From NCBI GenBank assembly GCA_036172245.1, contig JAYWIR010000012.1, forward strand, positions 3,844,001 to 3,908,000: a stretch of DNA of 64,000 bases, read 5' to 3'. This stretch comes from Raillietiella orientalis (taxonomy: Eukaryota). The notes below the pieces were generated by a model. It was not told the origin of the DNA and did no database searches. It saw nothing but the letters and a program-made list of their open reading frames with translations. Position 1 is the stretch's first letter. Every line of letters begins with the position of its first letter. Positions 25,000 to 42,504 of this stretch are shown one piece after another. The position numbers were made by a program, and so were the translations under genes.

Positions 25000-27000
25000 G
25001 CGCGCAGGAGGGGACAGCGAATGAATGAGAGAAAGGGTTGGAGCGGGGACGGCGGGTGGCTCCTTTGGCCATGCCGTTCTTCTTCTTCCCTTCTAGAAGC
25101 GGCGCTGGATGCTGCCGACTCGACCTCCTCTTGCAGCAGAGGCCACCTGACCCCCGCGCCAGCCACACGCAGGCGGCTGCCTCGCGGGAGGCCTCCTTTC
25201 TCTGCGCCCGCCCCGTGTCCAGCGCGTGGGTCGGACCGCGATAGTGACGGTGGGCATCCGTTGCCCCATCGCCGCGAGGGAAGAATCGCTCCTGCAGGTT
25301 ACACGGGAGGCGTCCTCCCAGCGCGGCCGCCTTTCAGACCCGGTGCAGCCGGGGGATGCGGCACCCCAGGAAACGAGGCGCCGGCCCATTCCCCGGTTGC
25401 CCCGTAAACCTGCAGCTTGTTTCCGAGGGATGGAGGAGGGGAGAGACGCTGAGGTGCCCAGCGAACTCACAGAAGCGCCCCAGTCGCCACTCCCACCAGA
25501 TGGAAAGTGGCGGAGAATTCGTTCGTTCAGCCAGGGGCGGGGCTTCGGCCGCGACGACCTCTTTGATGTTTGCTGACTGCCCGGGAAGGGCTGGAGAGGG
25601 GTGCCTCCGGGTCCCGGCGCGGACCAAGGAGGGCCGCCCCCCGATTCCTTCCTTCACCGGAAGGGCGGAAGGGGGACGGAAGGTCCTCCTTCGCCCCCGC
25701 GTTACTGCCGCTCCCGTCCAGCGGACAGAAAGGCGTCCGCCAATGCGGTCAGCCATCGCCCTGAGGAACCGCAGAGGAATGGCGGCGATGCGCCCTCCAA
25801 AGACTTCGGGGCATGGGGGCGAAGAACGCCCTACCCCTCCCCGCATCTTCACCCCCCCGTGCGTGCGGATGAGAGAGGAAGAGTCGGCGTTGGCGGCCAC
25901 GTGGCTGCGGTCTATGAGCCACGTGGCTCCAAGCGTCGCGGGTTCGAATCCCCCCCGGAAGATGACGCCGGTTGACCTATGGGCTTCTTCAAGTGCGACG
26001 GCCCTCGTGGAATCCGGGAAACCACCGAATGCTCCCGCCCACTATCCGGGAATAGAAGATCGATCCTCCGGGTCCTTCCAGGGATCCAGATCACTTCGGG
26101 GATCCCCTCAGAGGAGGGAACAGAGAGCGGATCATTTCCAGATTCCCTCCTGAGGCAACCAGGGTGAGATCCAGGATCCCTTCGGGGTTCCCCTCCCAAG
26201 AGTAACAGGAACGGATAGCCCCTTCCCTCCCCCTTCCTCCCAACTTCAAGAGTTGTGCGCACACTCTGGTGGGCGGTGCTTAAAGAGCTTTGCAAGCCCC
26301 CGTAAGGAGGCGGACGGTTCCTCAGCATGATGTTGACTCTCCGAGGTGCCTCCAGGAACCAAGGAGACGCTTCCCTTCGGAATTCTCTCGCTACAGTTGG
26401 AAAAAGGGAGCCGTTACCATGGAGTTGGTTGATGCTCCCCTCGGGGGGCTGCTTCGCCAGAATGCAAGGAGCGCACTGTTTCCCTTCCGGGAGAGAACCC
26501 TTCATATAAATCGGGAAGCGTCCCTAAGGGATCCTCTTCAGAGGAGGAGGGTACAGGGTGTGGTTCTTTTCCGGGACCGCCCGCGCTGCCCTGCCCACGA
26601 GTCGTCTCTTTGCAACAGCGTCAGGGACAGAAAGGGGTAGGGGGAGCGATGGTCCGCTGGTGGCGCTGCCTCCAGTCGGGCGGCGGTCGCGGGTAAACGA
26701 TCCGTCAGTGAATCGAAGAGCACGCGAAACTCCCCCGAGGAAAGGGAGGGGTGAAGGAACAGGGAGAGGTTCTTTTCTAGGAGTTCCCTCCGGAGAGAAC
26801 AAGGAAGTGGTTGTCCCCTTCGGGATTCCCCCGCCTCCCCCCAGACACGAGAGGAACGGCCTGCTTCCCTCGAAGTCGTCATTGGGTGGTCCGCTCCGGG
26901 GTCACCCGCTACAACTTGAAGGAAGTTACATGTGCCCTCGAGCGGCGGGGATGGCGCTAAAAGGCCTCGTGGGACCTCTGGAGGCGAACGGGTTCCTGAG
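25000..27000 (+). mobile_element. ORF1 remnant followed by two tandem copies of the repeat-rich spacer
   Basis: PPIPSF...GHVAAV...RRGFESPP; 26060-26330 and 26345-26950 each align to 22820-23230. Confidence 0.6.
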
Positions 27001-27899
27001 GGAGGGCGTCCTCCTGGAAGGTCCAAAATCTGACCGCCGCGCGCGACGGAGGGCTTCCGCGCGGCAGGGAAGGTGCCGCGAAACGCAAGGGGAGCGCCTG
27101 AGCGGATGAAACGCTCCCGGGAGGAGAGAGAGAGGAAGCAGAAGGCAGGGAGGTCGCTGCCGCCGTCCTCGTTGTCCTCCACGATGAAGCGTCATCGCAG
27201 GGGAGGAAGCGCGGCGGCGGCCATCTTCCCTCCTTCCCTGCCTTCTCCTGGCGATCGGCGAAGCGTCCCGGGAGCCGAGACGTTCCCCGGAGTCGATCGA
27301 TCCCGCGAACGGAGGAGGAGGCGGCGACGAGCGGGAAGGAAGAAGGGAGCGCGCGCGCGCCTGATTGATTCCCGATCGAGAATCCGGGACACCGCAGCCC
27401 CTCCCCCTTCGGACCTCAAGCGGTGCGCCCGTCCTTGAAGGAGCGGCAGCTTGCGGCATTAGGCGGCGGGGACGGAAAGGGAGAGGAAGAAGAGGAGCGA
27501 TGGTCTGCCGGTGGCGTCCCCGCCAAGCGAGCGGCGGTCGCGCGAAACCAATCAGTCGACAAATTGAAAAGCGCCCGAAACCCCTCCGGGGACGGGAGGG
27601 GAAGGGAAGGGGTGCGCGCGCCGGGCTGCCGGGATGGATTCTCCCCTCCCCCCTTTCTCCCCGTCGCGGAGAGGGGCGACCGCACGCGGTGCCAGGAGGA
27701 ATTTTGGGGGAGGTGCCCTCTCTCCCCCGCACTCCAACGCCTCGGGGAGGCTTTGGAGGCGGCGGCTCCACTTCTCCGCCCGTCCCCCTCCCCCGTCGCG
27801 GGAACGTGTCCGTTCCCGTGGAGACAGCTCATACGTCCGTCTCCACGGAAACTGACACCTTCCTGCGACGGCCACTGTCTCATGGACCGGGTAGCAGAG

Positions 27900-30800
27900 C
27901 GAAGTCGAAAGAGTGCAGGATTTCTGCTGCCGCGCGGTTCTTTTCGTCGTCGTACAGCCCGTTGGCATTTCAACAGGCGATGCGCAGGCGGAGAGGAGTG
28001 AGGTTGCTCGTCATGGCAGAGAGCATGACGAGGATGGACCCGCCTTATTTTCTAGCGAGAAAGGCATGGTAATAGAGAGTCAAGCCAGATCGTCTATGGA
28101 CTCGTGCCTGTGCTCAGAGGAATGGCGCTCTCTGCTAAAAGAGGTTCCTCCCTTCCTCCTTCTTCTTCCCGTGGGAGCGAAAGGTTCTCATGGAAGGAGA
28201 TCATCGGGGCGTCCGGCACCGACCCCGGGCGAGGACGGACCAGAGGCGAAGCTCCACAGCCCCCTCCAGGACGCTCCCCCTGTTCCTCTCCTCCACCTCC
28301 TCGCGCGCGGGTTCCTACCCGGCGAGAATGCCTCGCGGGAGGTTCGGGGCCGCCTGCCCCGCCCCGCCCCGCCCTGCCGCCCGTCGCCCCTTCGCAACAG
28401 CGGCAGTCGGCGCCTTCCACTGCGGCGCGAGGCTTCCCCAGACGGGACGAGCTATTAATAGCACGCAGGCGGGACGAGGAAGGAGGGGGGGGGGGCAGGG
28501 CGTAATTTTCTTCTTTGCTCCCTCCCGCCATCCTTTTTTTGGCGGAAGAAGCGGACGTTTGCGGGCGCCGCCGCAGCAGCCGAGAGGAGCCATGGAGAGC
28601 CGGACGGCGGTGCTCGCTCGCTCGTACGATCCCGGGCGCACGCGAGCCCTCGGCTACGTCCCTACTCCTTTGCAGAGGGGAGGGGAGGGGGGAGGAAGTC
28701 CTTGAACAGATGGGGAGGAGCGGCAGCGGCGACAGCGACCTCCTGGTCTCTCTTGTGGGTCCGGAAGGGGGGAGAAGCGCCTGCCCAGCAGATGGCGCCG
28801 GTCGGCCTGCTGCGGTCGATCGATATCGGCAGGCAGCCAGCCGCGTCCGCGCGCCCCTAGGCGAGCGGAAGGCCTCCTTCCCTTTACCCACCCCACCCTA
28901 CCCTCGAGCGCGTCCTTCCCTCATCCCATGGCAAGTGCTCCTGGGTGCGGGAGGAGAGATCGAAGGAAGGAGGCAAAGGGATCGAGAATGACCTCTCTGA
29001 GGGAAGGTCACTCGAAAATGGGGCTGCCCTCTCTCCGGGACAGCAGCAGCAGCCTGCTGACCTCCACTCCCCTAGTCTGCACTGCACCCCAGTCGGGGCT
29101 ACCGGAGAGCCGCCTGACCGAACTCCCTCCCTCTCTTCCTCCTGTGAGCACGCCTCCCCCTCCCCCACCCCACTGACTGACCGCGCCCGGCAGCTCCCAG
29201 GCTACTTTCCCGAGCACCAGACTTTTTCCTTGGCTTCGCCTTCCTCCCGACACCCCTCGCGGAAGGCCAGCGGCAGCGGGTAGTGGTCGGGAAACGCAGC
29301 TCCTCCCCCCCTCCCCGTTCTCTTCGCCCGACACCCTCGGTCCGCGCAAGGGAAGCGTCGGGATGGGGAGGGATGCACGTTTCCTGGCCGCTTCCTGGGG
29401 GGAAAGGGGCGACCCCTGATTCCCTCGCACCTCGTAGGCCGCTGTGCCCTGAAGCTGCGACTCTCCAGAGTCACAGAAAGGAGTGGGTCACGAAGCGAGG
29501 GGACCGTCTTTCTCCTCGCCCGATCCTTTCCGGGAATGTCCCCCGTGCGCCCGCGATAGGGAGCCTCCCCCGCCCCTTTCCTAAGCACACAAAGACTTGG
29601 AGTCGCCCGCGGTTCGATCGGCCTCCTTCGGTTGACAGCGACGGACTGAAGACGAGGAGCAGAGGGACCTCCCCGAAGGGCGCACACGAAGAACCCCAGG
29701 GAGAGAAGAGGCGGGGGGGAGGAAGATGAAGCGCGCCAGCAAGTCGCATCTTCCGAGAGCAGTCGGAGGCGGGACGGCGGTTGTCGAGTGACGTCAGCGG
29801 ACGAAAGGGACGAGGCATCCGCGCGTCTCGCTACGATCGGCAGGGCAACGCGAAGCTGTCCTGCGCCCGCGCGAGCCGGGATCCCGCGAAGGGATCGATC
29901 CTCGCGGCAGCCGAGCGCGGCGGAGCCCTCCGCAGGAACCGGGAGACAGGGAGGAGGGGGGGGGGAGGAAAGAACGGCCGACCCCCGAGTCGAGCGACGC
30001 GCCCACCTCCCTTCTGAGGGCGCGTGCCCCCGGAGCGCGCGAAAGAGGGTAGAAGAGCACCCGGGAGAGCTGCGGCTCCGGAAGGTTCCGGTGCTGCGTG
30101 CGAGTCTCGCGTCCTCCCCGCCTCCGCCGTCCGGAAGCGCGCGCATGCGCATTCCAGGACACGCCCAGCGCTTTCCGTCCCGCTGGGGCCGCCAGGCTCC
30201 GCTCGGGCGACTTCCCGGAAGCAGCAGCGGCGGCGGCGAAGCGAGGCCACGGCCGTTCGCTCCCTCTCCCGGAAACTCGCCTCGAAAGGGAAGGGTAGGT
30301 GGAGGAATGGGGACGAGGGGAGGCGCGGCGCTATTGCCAAAGGGGTGAAGGCCGGAGGTCCCCGTGCGTGCGCGGAGCGAAAGGGAGTGGCTGAGAGAGG
30401 AACTAACCGAAATGAACCGATCCCATGGAGGGAGGGGGGGAGGAGGAGGAAGAGTGTAGGGAAGGAGGTTCTGTCTCAACCTCCCATAGGAGTGACCGCT
30501 TGGGCTCTTCAAAACACTTCAGTGGGAGACAAAAAAAAATCGAATCGACGACGATGGCGTTCGACCTCGAGCGGGGTCGCTAGGAGGCGCCCATTCGTTG
30601 GCGCCTCGGGTCTTCTTCCGCACCTGTAGCTCGCAACTCACGCGGTTGTGCCGGGGCGACACTCGTAGCTTGCAGAGCTTCCCCAGGTGTTTCCGACCTT
30701 CTCGAGGGCTCAAGGAAGGGGACAAAGGGAAGGAAGAGGACCGTCGCGATGCGTGACGGTCCTCTTCCTTCCCTTTCATGACCTTGGAAATTTGCAGGTC

Positions 30801-31200
30801 TTGGGTTGGGAGGTCACGATCAGCACCGAGATTCGTCTAAGGAACAGGGGAGCTCCGGGCATGGGGTGCAAGACCAGTCGCCTGACTGGAGATTGAGGCT
30901 GGTCCCGGGAGAAACGCCAGACGACCTCACCACGACTAACCATCCACTCTTTTAAAAACGCTCCCGAGGAAAACCTTTGACCGTGGCCCACCCGGTCTAC
31001 GGGGCGACCGCTTCGACGCGCTCGAATAAGGGAAGAGACGGGGATGGAAAAGCAACCGAGCACCCGGCGTGGGTTCTCCTGTATAATGGCTGCCACACAA
31101 CCCTGCAGGTTTCTTGGATCACAGCACGGAAACGAAACTGCAAACCCACACGAACTTCAACCCGTGGGGGAAAATGGCACGGGAACCAAGATGCCACTAT
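27900..31200 (-). mobile_element. Highly decayed, very GC-rich Tx1-like element of a second family (ORF1, RT, C-terminal finger remnants)
   Basis: ORF1-like GEVV...RRLVL...LIVTSQPKTCKF at 30780-31000; LTSLDNRRPAS (NWRPIS position) near 29780; HRLLKC finger remnant near 27980. Confidence 0.5.
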
Positions 31201-31276
31201 AAGGGCCTCCGAAATAAGGACATTTTATTTACACGATTTTCTTAAGACCCCACAGCAAAACAGACGCTGCAAACGG

Positions 31277-32283
31277 TTACTCCTGCGCAACTTCCTGCGA
31301 ATGTCCACTTGCTGCGCTCAGCAGAACTTGCGCGGCTTGTGCGGATCCCCCTGGAGAAGTCACCTGGATCAGCTGCGGTTGCGAGGCTGTCTGAATGATG
31401 ATGGGCTGACCTCCTGTGCCCATGACCTGAGTTCGTATCATCTGTAACTGAGATTGATTCAAAGGGATTTGCTGCACTTCACCGTTAGAAGTCACAATCT
31501 GTTGTAAAATTTGCACTGGACTACTCTGGTTGGACAAGGACGCTTGGGGAAGGGTAATTATTTGGGCCTGTCCTTGATTGGGTGTTGCAGCAGAAGTGGA
31601 CAACACCTGCTGACCTTGACTGACTGGGATAACTTGCACAGAGGTTCCCACAGCTTGACTAGACTGTGCTTGTTCTGCAGTGGCAGCAGATGAAGATGGC
31701 AAAATCACACTAATCACTTGACCATTAGGCTGCAACAGTTGGATGGGAATGCCAGTATGGGTAACTGTAGCCTGACTTAGGCTATCAGAAATGATAGTCC
31801 CTGCACGAATGGTTTCTTCACGTGGTTTGGGCGCCTTCAGTTCTTCGCGAGGAACAATGTCAATTAGGAAATCGAACTGATCATATTTGCTGATTGCCAT
31901 AGCAATATCATTGCGCTGCAACGTGCGCCTTTTATTGTCTTCGGTATGTATCCAAGCCCTTAAAGTGAGTTCAGTAACAAATACTTCAGCTGCTTTAGCA
32001 AAAAGCACGGGAGCTTCTGCACTAATCATTTTCACTTCCTCATCCAATTTCATGATTTTTTTAATGCGCGCCAAAGGAAGTTCTTGGGTTTTCAAGTCAT
32101 TCTAAAAGACAGGATGAAAAGGCATGTGTGTGCACACACACTTACGGCGGCCATGCAACGGATTTCGTCCATCACCTTGGGCCAAAAAGAGTTTAAAGAC
32201 TGCTGTGCCTCAGTCTGATGCCCAGAAGTTGGAGCTGCAGCAGCTGTAAAAATATCACTCGTACTTACAGTGACTGCAGACAT
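31277..32283 (-). CDS. NF-YC: Nuclear transcription factor Y subunit gamma (histone fold plus Q-rich tail)
   Basis: Exons 32283-32146 and 32101-31277 (44-nt GT-AG intron); ELPLARIKKIMKLDEEVKMISAEAPVLFAKAAE...RRTLQRNDIAMAISKYDQFDFLIDIVPRE. AATAAA on the minus strand near 31225. Confidence 0.97.
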
Positions 32284-32359
32284 AGCAAATACTTTAATTT
32301 AAGGTTTCTGCACAAAAACAAAAGCAGAATCAAATCAGCAAATTCATTCAAATATATTG

Positions 32360-37700
<5,341 letters not shown>

Positions 37701-39699
37701 AAGGTGTATGATCTGATAGCACAATGGTTTCAACGATATTCCTACACTAATCAACTGCCATCATTTATACATTTACATACAAAACATTTGCTGCAGATAA
37801 AACATATCCCCTATTCTAGCAAGGTAAACGTGGCATACAAAATGCATGAAAGCAATAACAGTTAACAGAAATGATAAAGCAATCACACACAATACCATGA
37901 AATAGAATATCAAATTGGTGGATGTCGGTCCCACTCCATCACAATTTGCAATCCGATATGTTTACCCCAGGATTACGAGAAGTGAAAGTTATTTCTCAAC
38001 TTTTGAATAGGTTCATCTTGATATTGAGATTCATAGGAATTACTGTTTACTTCTTTCTTTACAAATACGAATGACGGATGGATAAAATACAATTGCCATA
38101 AACTTTACTCTAGTTTTCCGATAGCTTCAATTACCAAACTGAAAAACTGACAATAATCTCCACTGCTATAGCAATATACGTGGGGTAAGCTGCAGTGATT
38201 GACAATAATTACTTCAACAGGAGAAAATCCACTGACCTTAACATGAGGAGCACCTCAAAACCTTGTCATTATAGAAAAAGTCAAGTTTCAAACATACCGA
38301 CGAAATGTACTACGTAGCATTCTTATTGAATATAATTGAAATAATCGATAATCACATTTCAAAAAACACACTGCCACCAATTAAAAGGCCCATGAAATGA
38401 ATGGATTACAATCTACACCACTCTTAGAAACGCACCTTCTCCCACAAACGCGCTCCATGACGAGCACTTTGGAATTCAACGTGCTCCACACAAAGTTACT
38501 TTGACGTCAGTTTGCATTAATGACTTAATTAGGTGGTTTTCCTGTGATTCCGTCTTTTTCTCTATTTCCGATAAATTTATAAACTCACTTTCATTAAGCT
38601 GTGCAAGAATAACAAATAGCATCTTTACTGGACAAACATTTAGGATTTGGTAACAACTCCTTCCCGCCCGTGCCTCATTAGAGCATCGACAGTCTTCGAA
38701 ATTTACCATTAAAAACATTAGGAGCTCTGATTTATAGGAAAGTACTTTTGCGTATGAGCGAGTGTACATCCTTCCAGGACATGGTTTTATTAAATAACTC
38801 AAGGATAAGTTAGTAACTGATGGTTCTCGACATTGAGTGGTTATATCTCAGTTCGCGAGTTATCAAGATCCAGAGATTCCAAAGAAATCATCCCCATATA
38901 AAAAAATACATGCCGAATAAACACAATTTTTTTTTTGCCATCCAGTTGTAAGGATCGGACCAGCTGCCATCAAAAGTATGATCATAAACTATTCTTCAAT
39001 GATTGCTTCATTATTTTATCCGAAATGTGAACATTCAAAAAGATCCGAATGAATACAGATAGGAAAAAATTGGATATGAAAGATGTCAGATTATCATACT
39101 CCTTATATCCAGCGAGCGTACTTTAAGCACTTTACCTAGATCTTGCATTTCCAGAGCTAAAATTTCATAAATATTTAAATCATAGGTTGAAACATTTTCC
39201 AGTTTACTTTCGAAACCTGTACAGTGCTGTATTTGAATGTTTTGCTTCTTTTTTTTTTTTTTTATAGGAAACTCAAAAGAGCGATGAGAAGCTCCAGATT
39301 AATGACTACCCAAAAAAAATACTTTTGCACTTGATACCAAATGAACTGTTTATCTGAAGAAAGATTAAACCCTTCTTCAGATAGGAAATTCACTCCTTTG
39401 GTTGACTACACGTGTTATACCACTACATTACCTCTTTCCTGGGCACCTTCATCGCTATAAGAGTATCCATAATTTCAAATGCAACCATGAATCATTATTG
39501 GTTATTTAATCCTCAAAACCAGTTCATAATCAACTTTTCACATCAATTAAGATTCCAAATGAGCATGACTTCTACTTGCTTATTCCTTGAAAAACTTTTC
39601 TTATTCCTTCTACTTCCTTCTTCCTTTCAAATCCTTTCCAAAACCAAAGGTGAAATCTTCGGAGTAATTCACAAGAGAATTTCAAAAAGCAACATTTTT

Positions 39700-41100
39700 T
39701 CCTTCAGTATGAAATGGGTTTGAAATCCGTAAAACCAGTTGGAAAACAATGCAATTTCTTTGCTCAGAAGAGACTGAAGTCTCATCACGTAAACTTGTGT
39801 TTTTATGGCTGCTGTGCTCTTGGGTGATACGAGTCCTTAGGTTACATTATGGTTACTTATCCATTAATCATGCTATTATTAAAGTTAATGATATTTGCAA
39901 CTATCATGGACGTGATCCCATTACACATTAGCAAGAAATTTAAACAACACTCAATGAAAACTTCTGAGGATGAAATGCAATTAAGGAAATTCAAATTGAG
40001 AAAGAGCAGAGCCAAATAAGAAAAATGATATCAATGGTGTGCTGCATTTACTTATTAATGTTTGATTGACGACTTTATTTCCAAAGAAAGAGTTTCGTAT
40101 TTTCAACTTCAGTTGTTTTTCTTAGGTAAGTTTAACACTGAAGCGAACATATTTTCGAAATTGATTCCTTGTTTTTATTGTACTGCCATTATAGCTTTCC
40201 TGATTTTCAAAACAGCTAAGGCTTTCAGTTCTTATTCAAATAAATGTATTGGGTGAATTTTTCTTCAGAATCTGATGCAGTCCAAGGGCTATCTCCATGC
40301 TGAAAGTTGTGAATGGCGGAGTGTGCATCAACTCGAGAGGCACGTTTCGAGTTGATCACGGAGGAATTGTTTTTCCTATGTATCATAACAAGGAGCATCC
40401 CAAATATTTCCCATTCTTTGAGCACATGTCTGAACAGTCCTGTATCTAGGCAGGAGCAAACCACAAACGCTACATGTTTTTGGATGTGGGCAACCGATGA
40501 ATATTGAAAACTTTAGAAAAAAGGATGTAATGGAATTCTGAATGTCCTAAGCCTTTTGACAATGTCTTGCCAGTTTTTGAAAAAAACTGAAATCGCTCAC
40601 AGAAAAATTCGAGAAAATGAATAAAAAAATGATAAACCTTCATCGTATTTAGAGTGTTCATGTCGTCCATAAACACGCCAAACAGTTGGTAATTGTAAAC
40701 AATCCATTTGGGCTTAAGAATGCCGCGATTCACACAATGCCGTGATGACAATGGAAATAAAGGTGCGTGAAAGGAAGCTTTTTGTTCATCAGATGGTACG
40801 CTGTTGCACAATCCATCGGCTGAATTATGCATCCCAAGGATTCCTGCATTTGGAACGTCCCGTTCGGGAACTGCGGTCGTGCGGTTCGGAAATTTTTGGA
40901 AAACCTGGTGCAGAAGTGGTTCGAATTGTACGTGTCGGTGCACAGCTCGATAACCTTCAAGGGTTGGACGGAGCGGAAGGAGACCGAAATCTGCGATGCT
41001 CTGCATCGGAGAGAGATTGCCTTTGCACAACTTGTAAACACTCCCGTGTCCCGGGCCGCGGATGGTGTCACTTTCGCTTGTTTGTGTTCTGGTGAACGGG
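39700..41100 (+). mobile_element. Old Ty3/gypsy-like pol relic (RT), many stops and frameshifts
   Basis: INTPN...NPFGLKNAA near 40700 (MPFGLKNA motif), upstream YMFLDVG, downstream RKFLENLVQKWFEL...SITFKGW in the order expected for LTR-type RT. Confidence 0.45.
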
Positions 41101-41556
41101 AGAGTGGGGGAGTTTCGTTTTGTCCCTCTTCCAATGGCTGCGTGTGCCCGCAGCGAAGCGGCCGCCCCTCGCTGCGCCGCGGAGGTGTGGGGAGATCTTG
41201 GAGGTGCTCGGGTGGTGGTGTCTCAGGGGAAGGAGCGGTGGTGGTGTAGCGTGCACGTGTCCAGGAAGCCATTCTTTTATGAAATTATGATTTCCCACGT
41301 ATCCCGGTTTTCATGTGTGTTGATTTTGATATGTCCTGTTGTTGTTGTGCGGCCAGAGTTCCAAAAATGTGCTCTCCTGCTGATTTTTATTGTGTTTCTT
41401 ATTCCAGAGTGTGATTGTATTAATGCATTTGTGCGTTCGTTCCGTGAATTCATCAACGTTTGATATACTTTAAATTAAGAGCATTTGGATTATAGAAGAA
41501 CTGTAAGGGCCTGCTGAAAGAACTTTCAAGTTTCATTTTATGAAGTTGTAGGAACC

Positions 41557-42400
41557 ATGGTAAGTCACCAGTTTTGAAATAAGGTTTCTTCGTTCGCTGA
41601 CAGTAATTTCCAAATTACTTAACGTATTCATGAAAATCACTACATGCAACCTGGTTGGAAACTAGCACTTTTGAAAACTCGATCGCCTGTGAACATTCAG
41701 TCATGTCACCATGCCATGTTAGTGGGATGCATTACATGTTTTTAATTCTGTTGCTCCAACCGCTGCAAAATACAAATACGCTCATGCCGATATTGTTATT
41801 TTACTTCGAAAATAAGTTTTTTTTTTCCCCCTTACTTTATTCAAAATATCTGTGATACGATCTAGTTTAAAATTTGCACCTTTGCCCAATCGGCTTTAAC
41901 CTGAAAGTTCACATTTCACAACTGTTTGTGTCTTCCATTTTTATTGTCAAGTGGCATGCACAGTTGATCAGATAACTTGTTTTTTGAAATTGCATTTTTA
42001 GGCAGCTGAGGTTGAAGAAACTTTGAAAAGAATCCAGAGCCACAAAGGAGTTTTAGGGATTATTGTGATTAATTCAGAAGGTTTGTTTACCCCTCCCCAA
42101 AAAATAAAGAACTTTCTGAAAGAAATAAAGCCAATGTGTAGGAATTCCCATAAAATCAACATTGGATAACACAACAACCGTGCATTATGCAGGATTAATT
42201 AGTCAACTGACAGACAAAGCTCGTCATGTAGTTCGTGATTTGGATCCAAGCAATGATCTTACTTTTCTTCGGGTAAGATCCAAAAAGCATGAGATTATGA
42301 TAGCCCCAGGTATATTACATGGATTATTTATATTTATGGGTAATACTTTACTTCAGATAAGGAATACATCTTGATTGTGGTTCAAAATCCCAATGATTAA
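41557..42400 (+). CDS. robl: Dynein light chain roadblock-type
   Basis: ATG|GTAAGT at 41557-41559; exons 42002-42080 ([26 protein letters not shown]), 42142-42309 (GIPIKSTLD...[27 protein letters not shown]), 42357-42400 ([14 protein letters not shown]). Confidence 0.96.
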
Positions 42401-42504
42401 CTAGTCAAAATATAAAAATTTATTTTTTTTATGTGGAATGTAATCACTGAATATATAAAAATCAGCTGGGCAGCATCCTGCTATAGCTGGTGAGTCTCTT
42501 GCAA

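Noticed and set aside
25935..25960. GGTTCGAATCC B-box-like motif here and at about 62268, suggesting a tRNA or SINE
   Set aside because: No cloverleaf or A-box at the right spacing; it corresponds to the RGFES peptide of ORF1, whose 24.3 kb copy (ggtttcgagtcc) keeps the peptide but not the box.
26900..30630. Long overlapping ORFs (up to 436 aa) on both strands
   Set aside because: Expected from very high GC content; Arg/Pro/Gly/Ser-rich without domains apart from decayed TE motifs.
40470..41272. Minus-strand ORFs of 180-186 aa as a host gene
   Set aside because: No recognisable domain; the opposite strand carries gypsy RT-like motifs (PFGLKNA).
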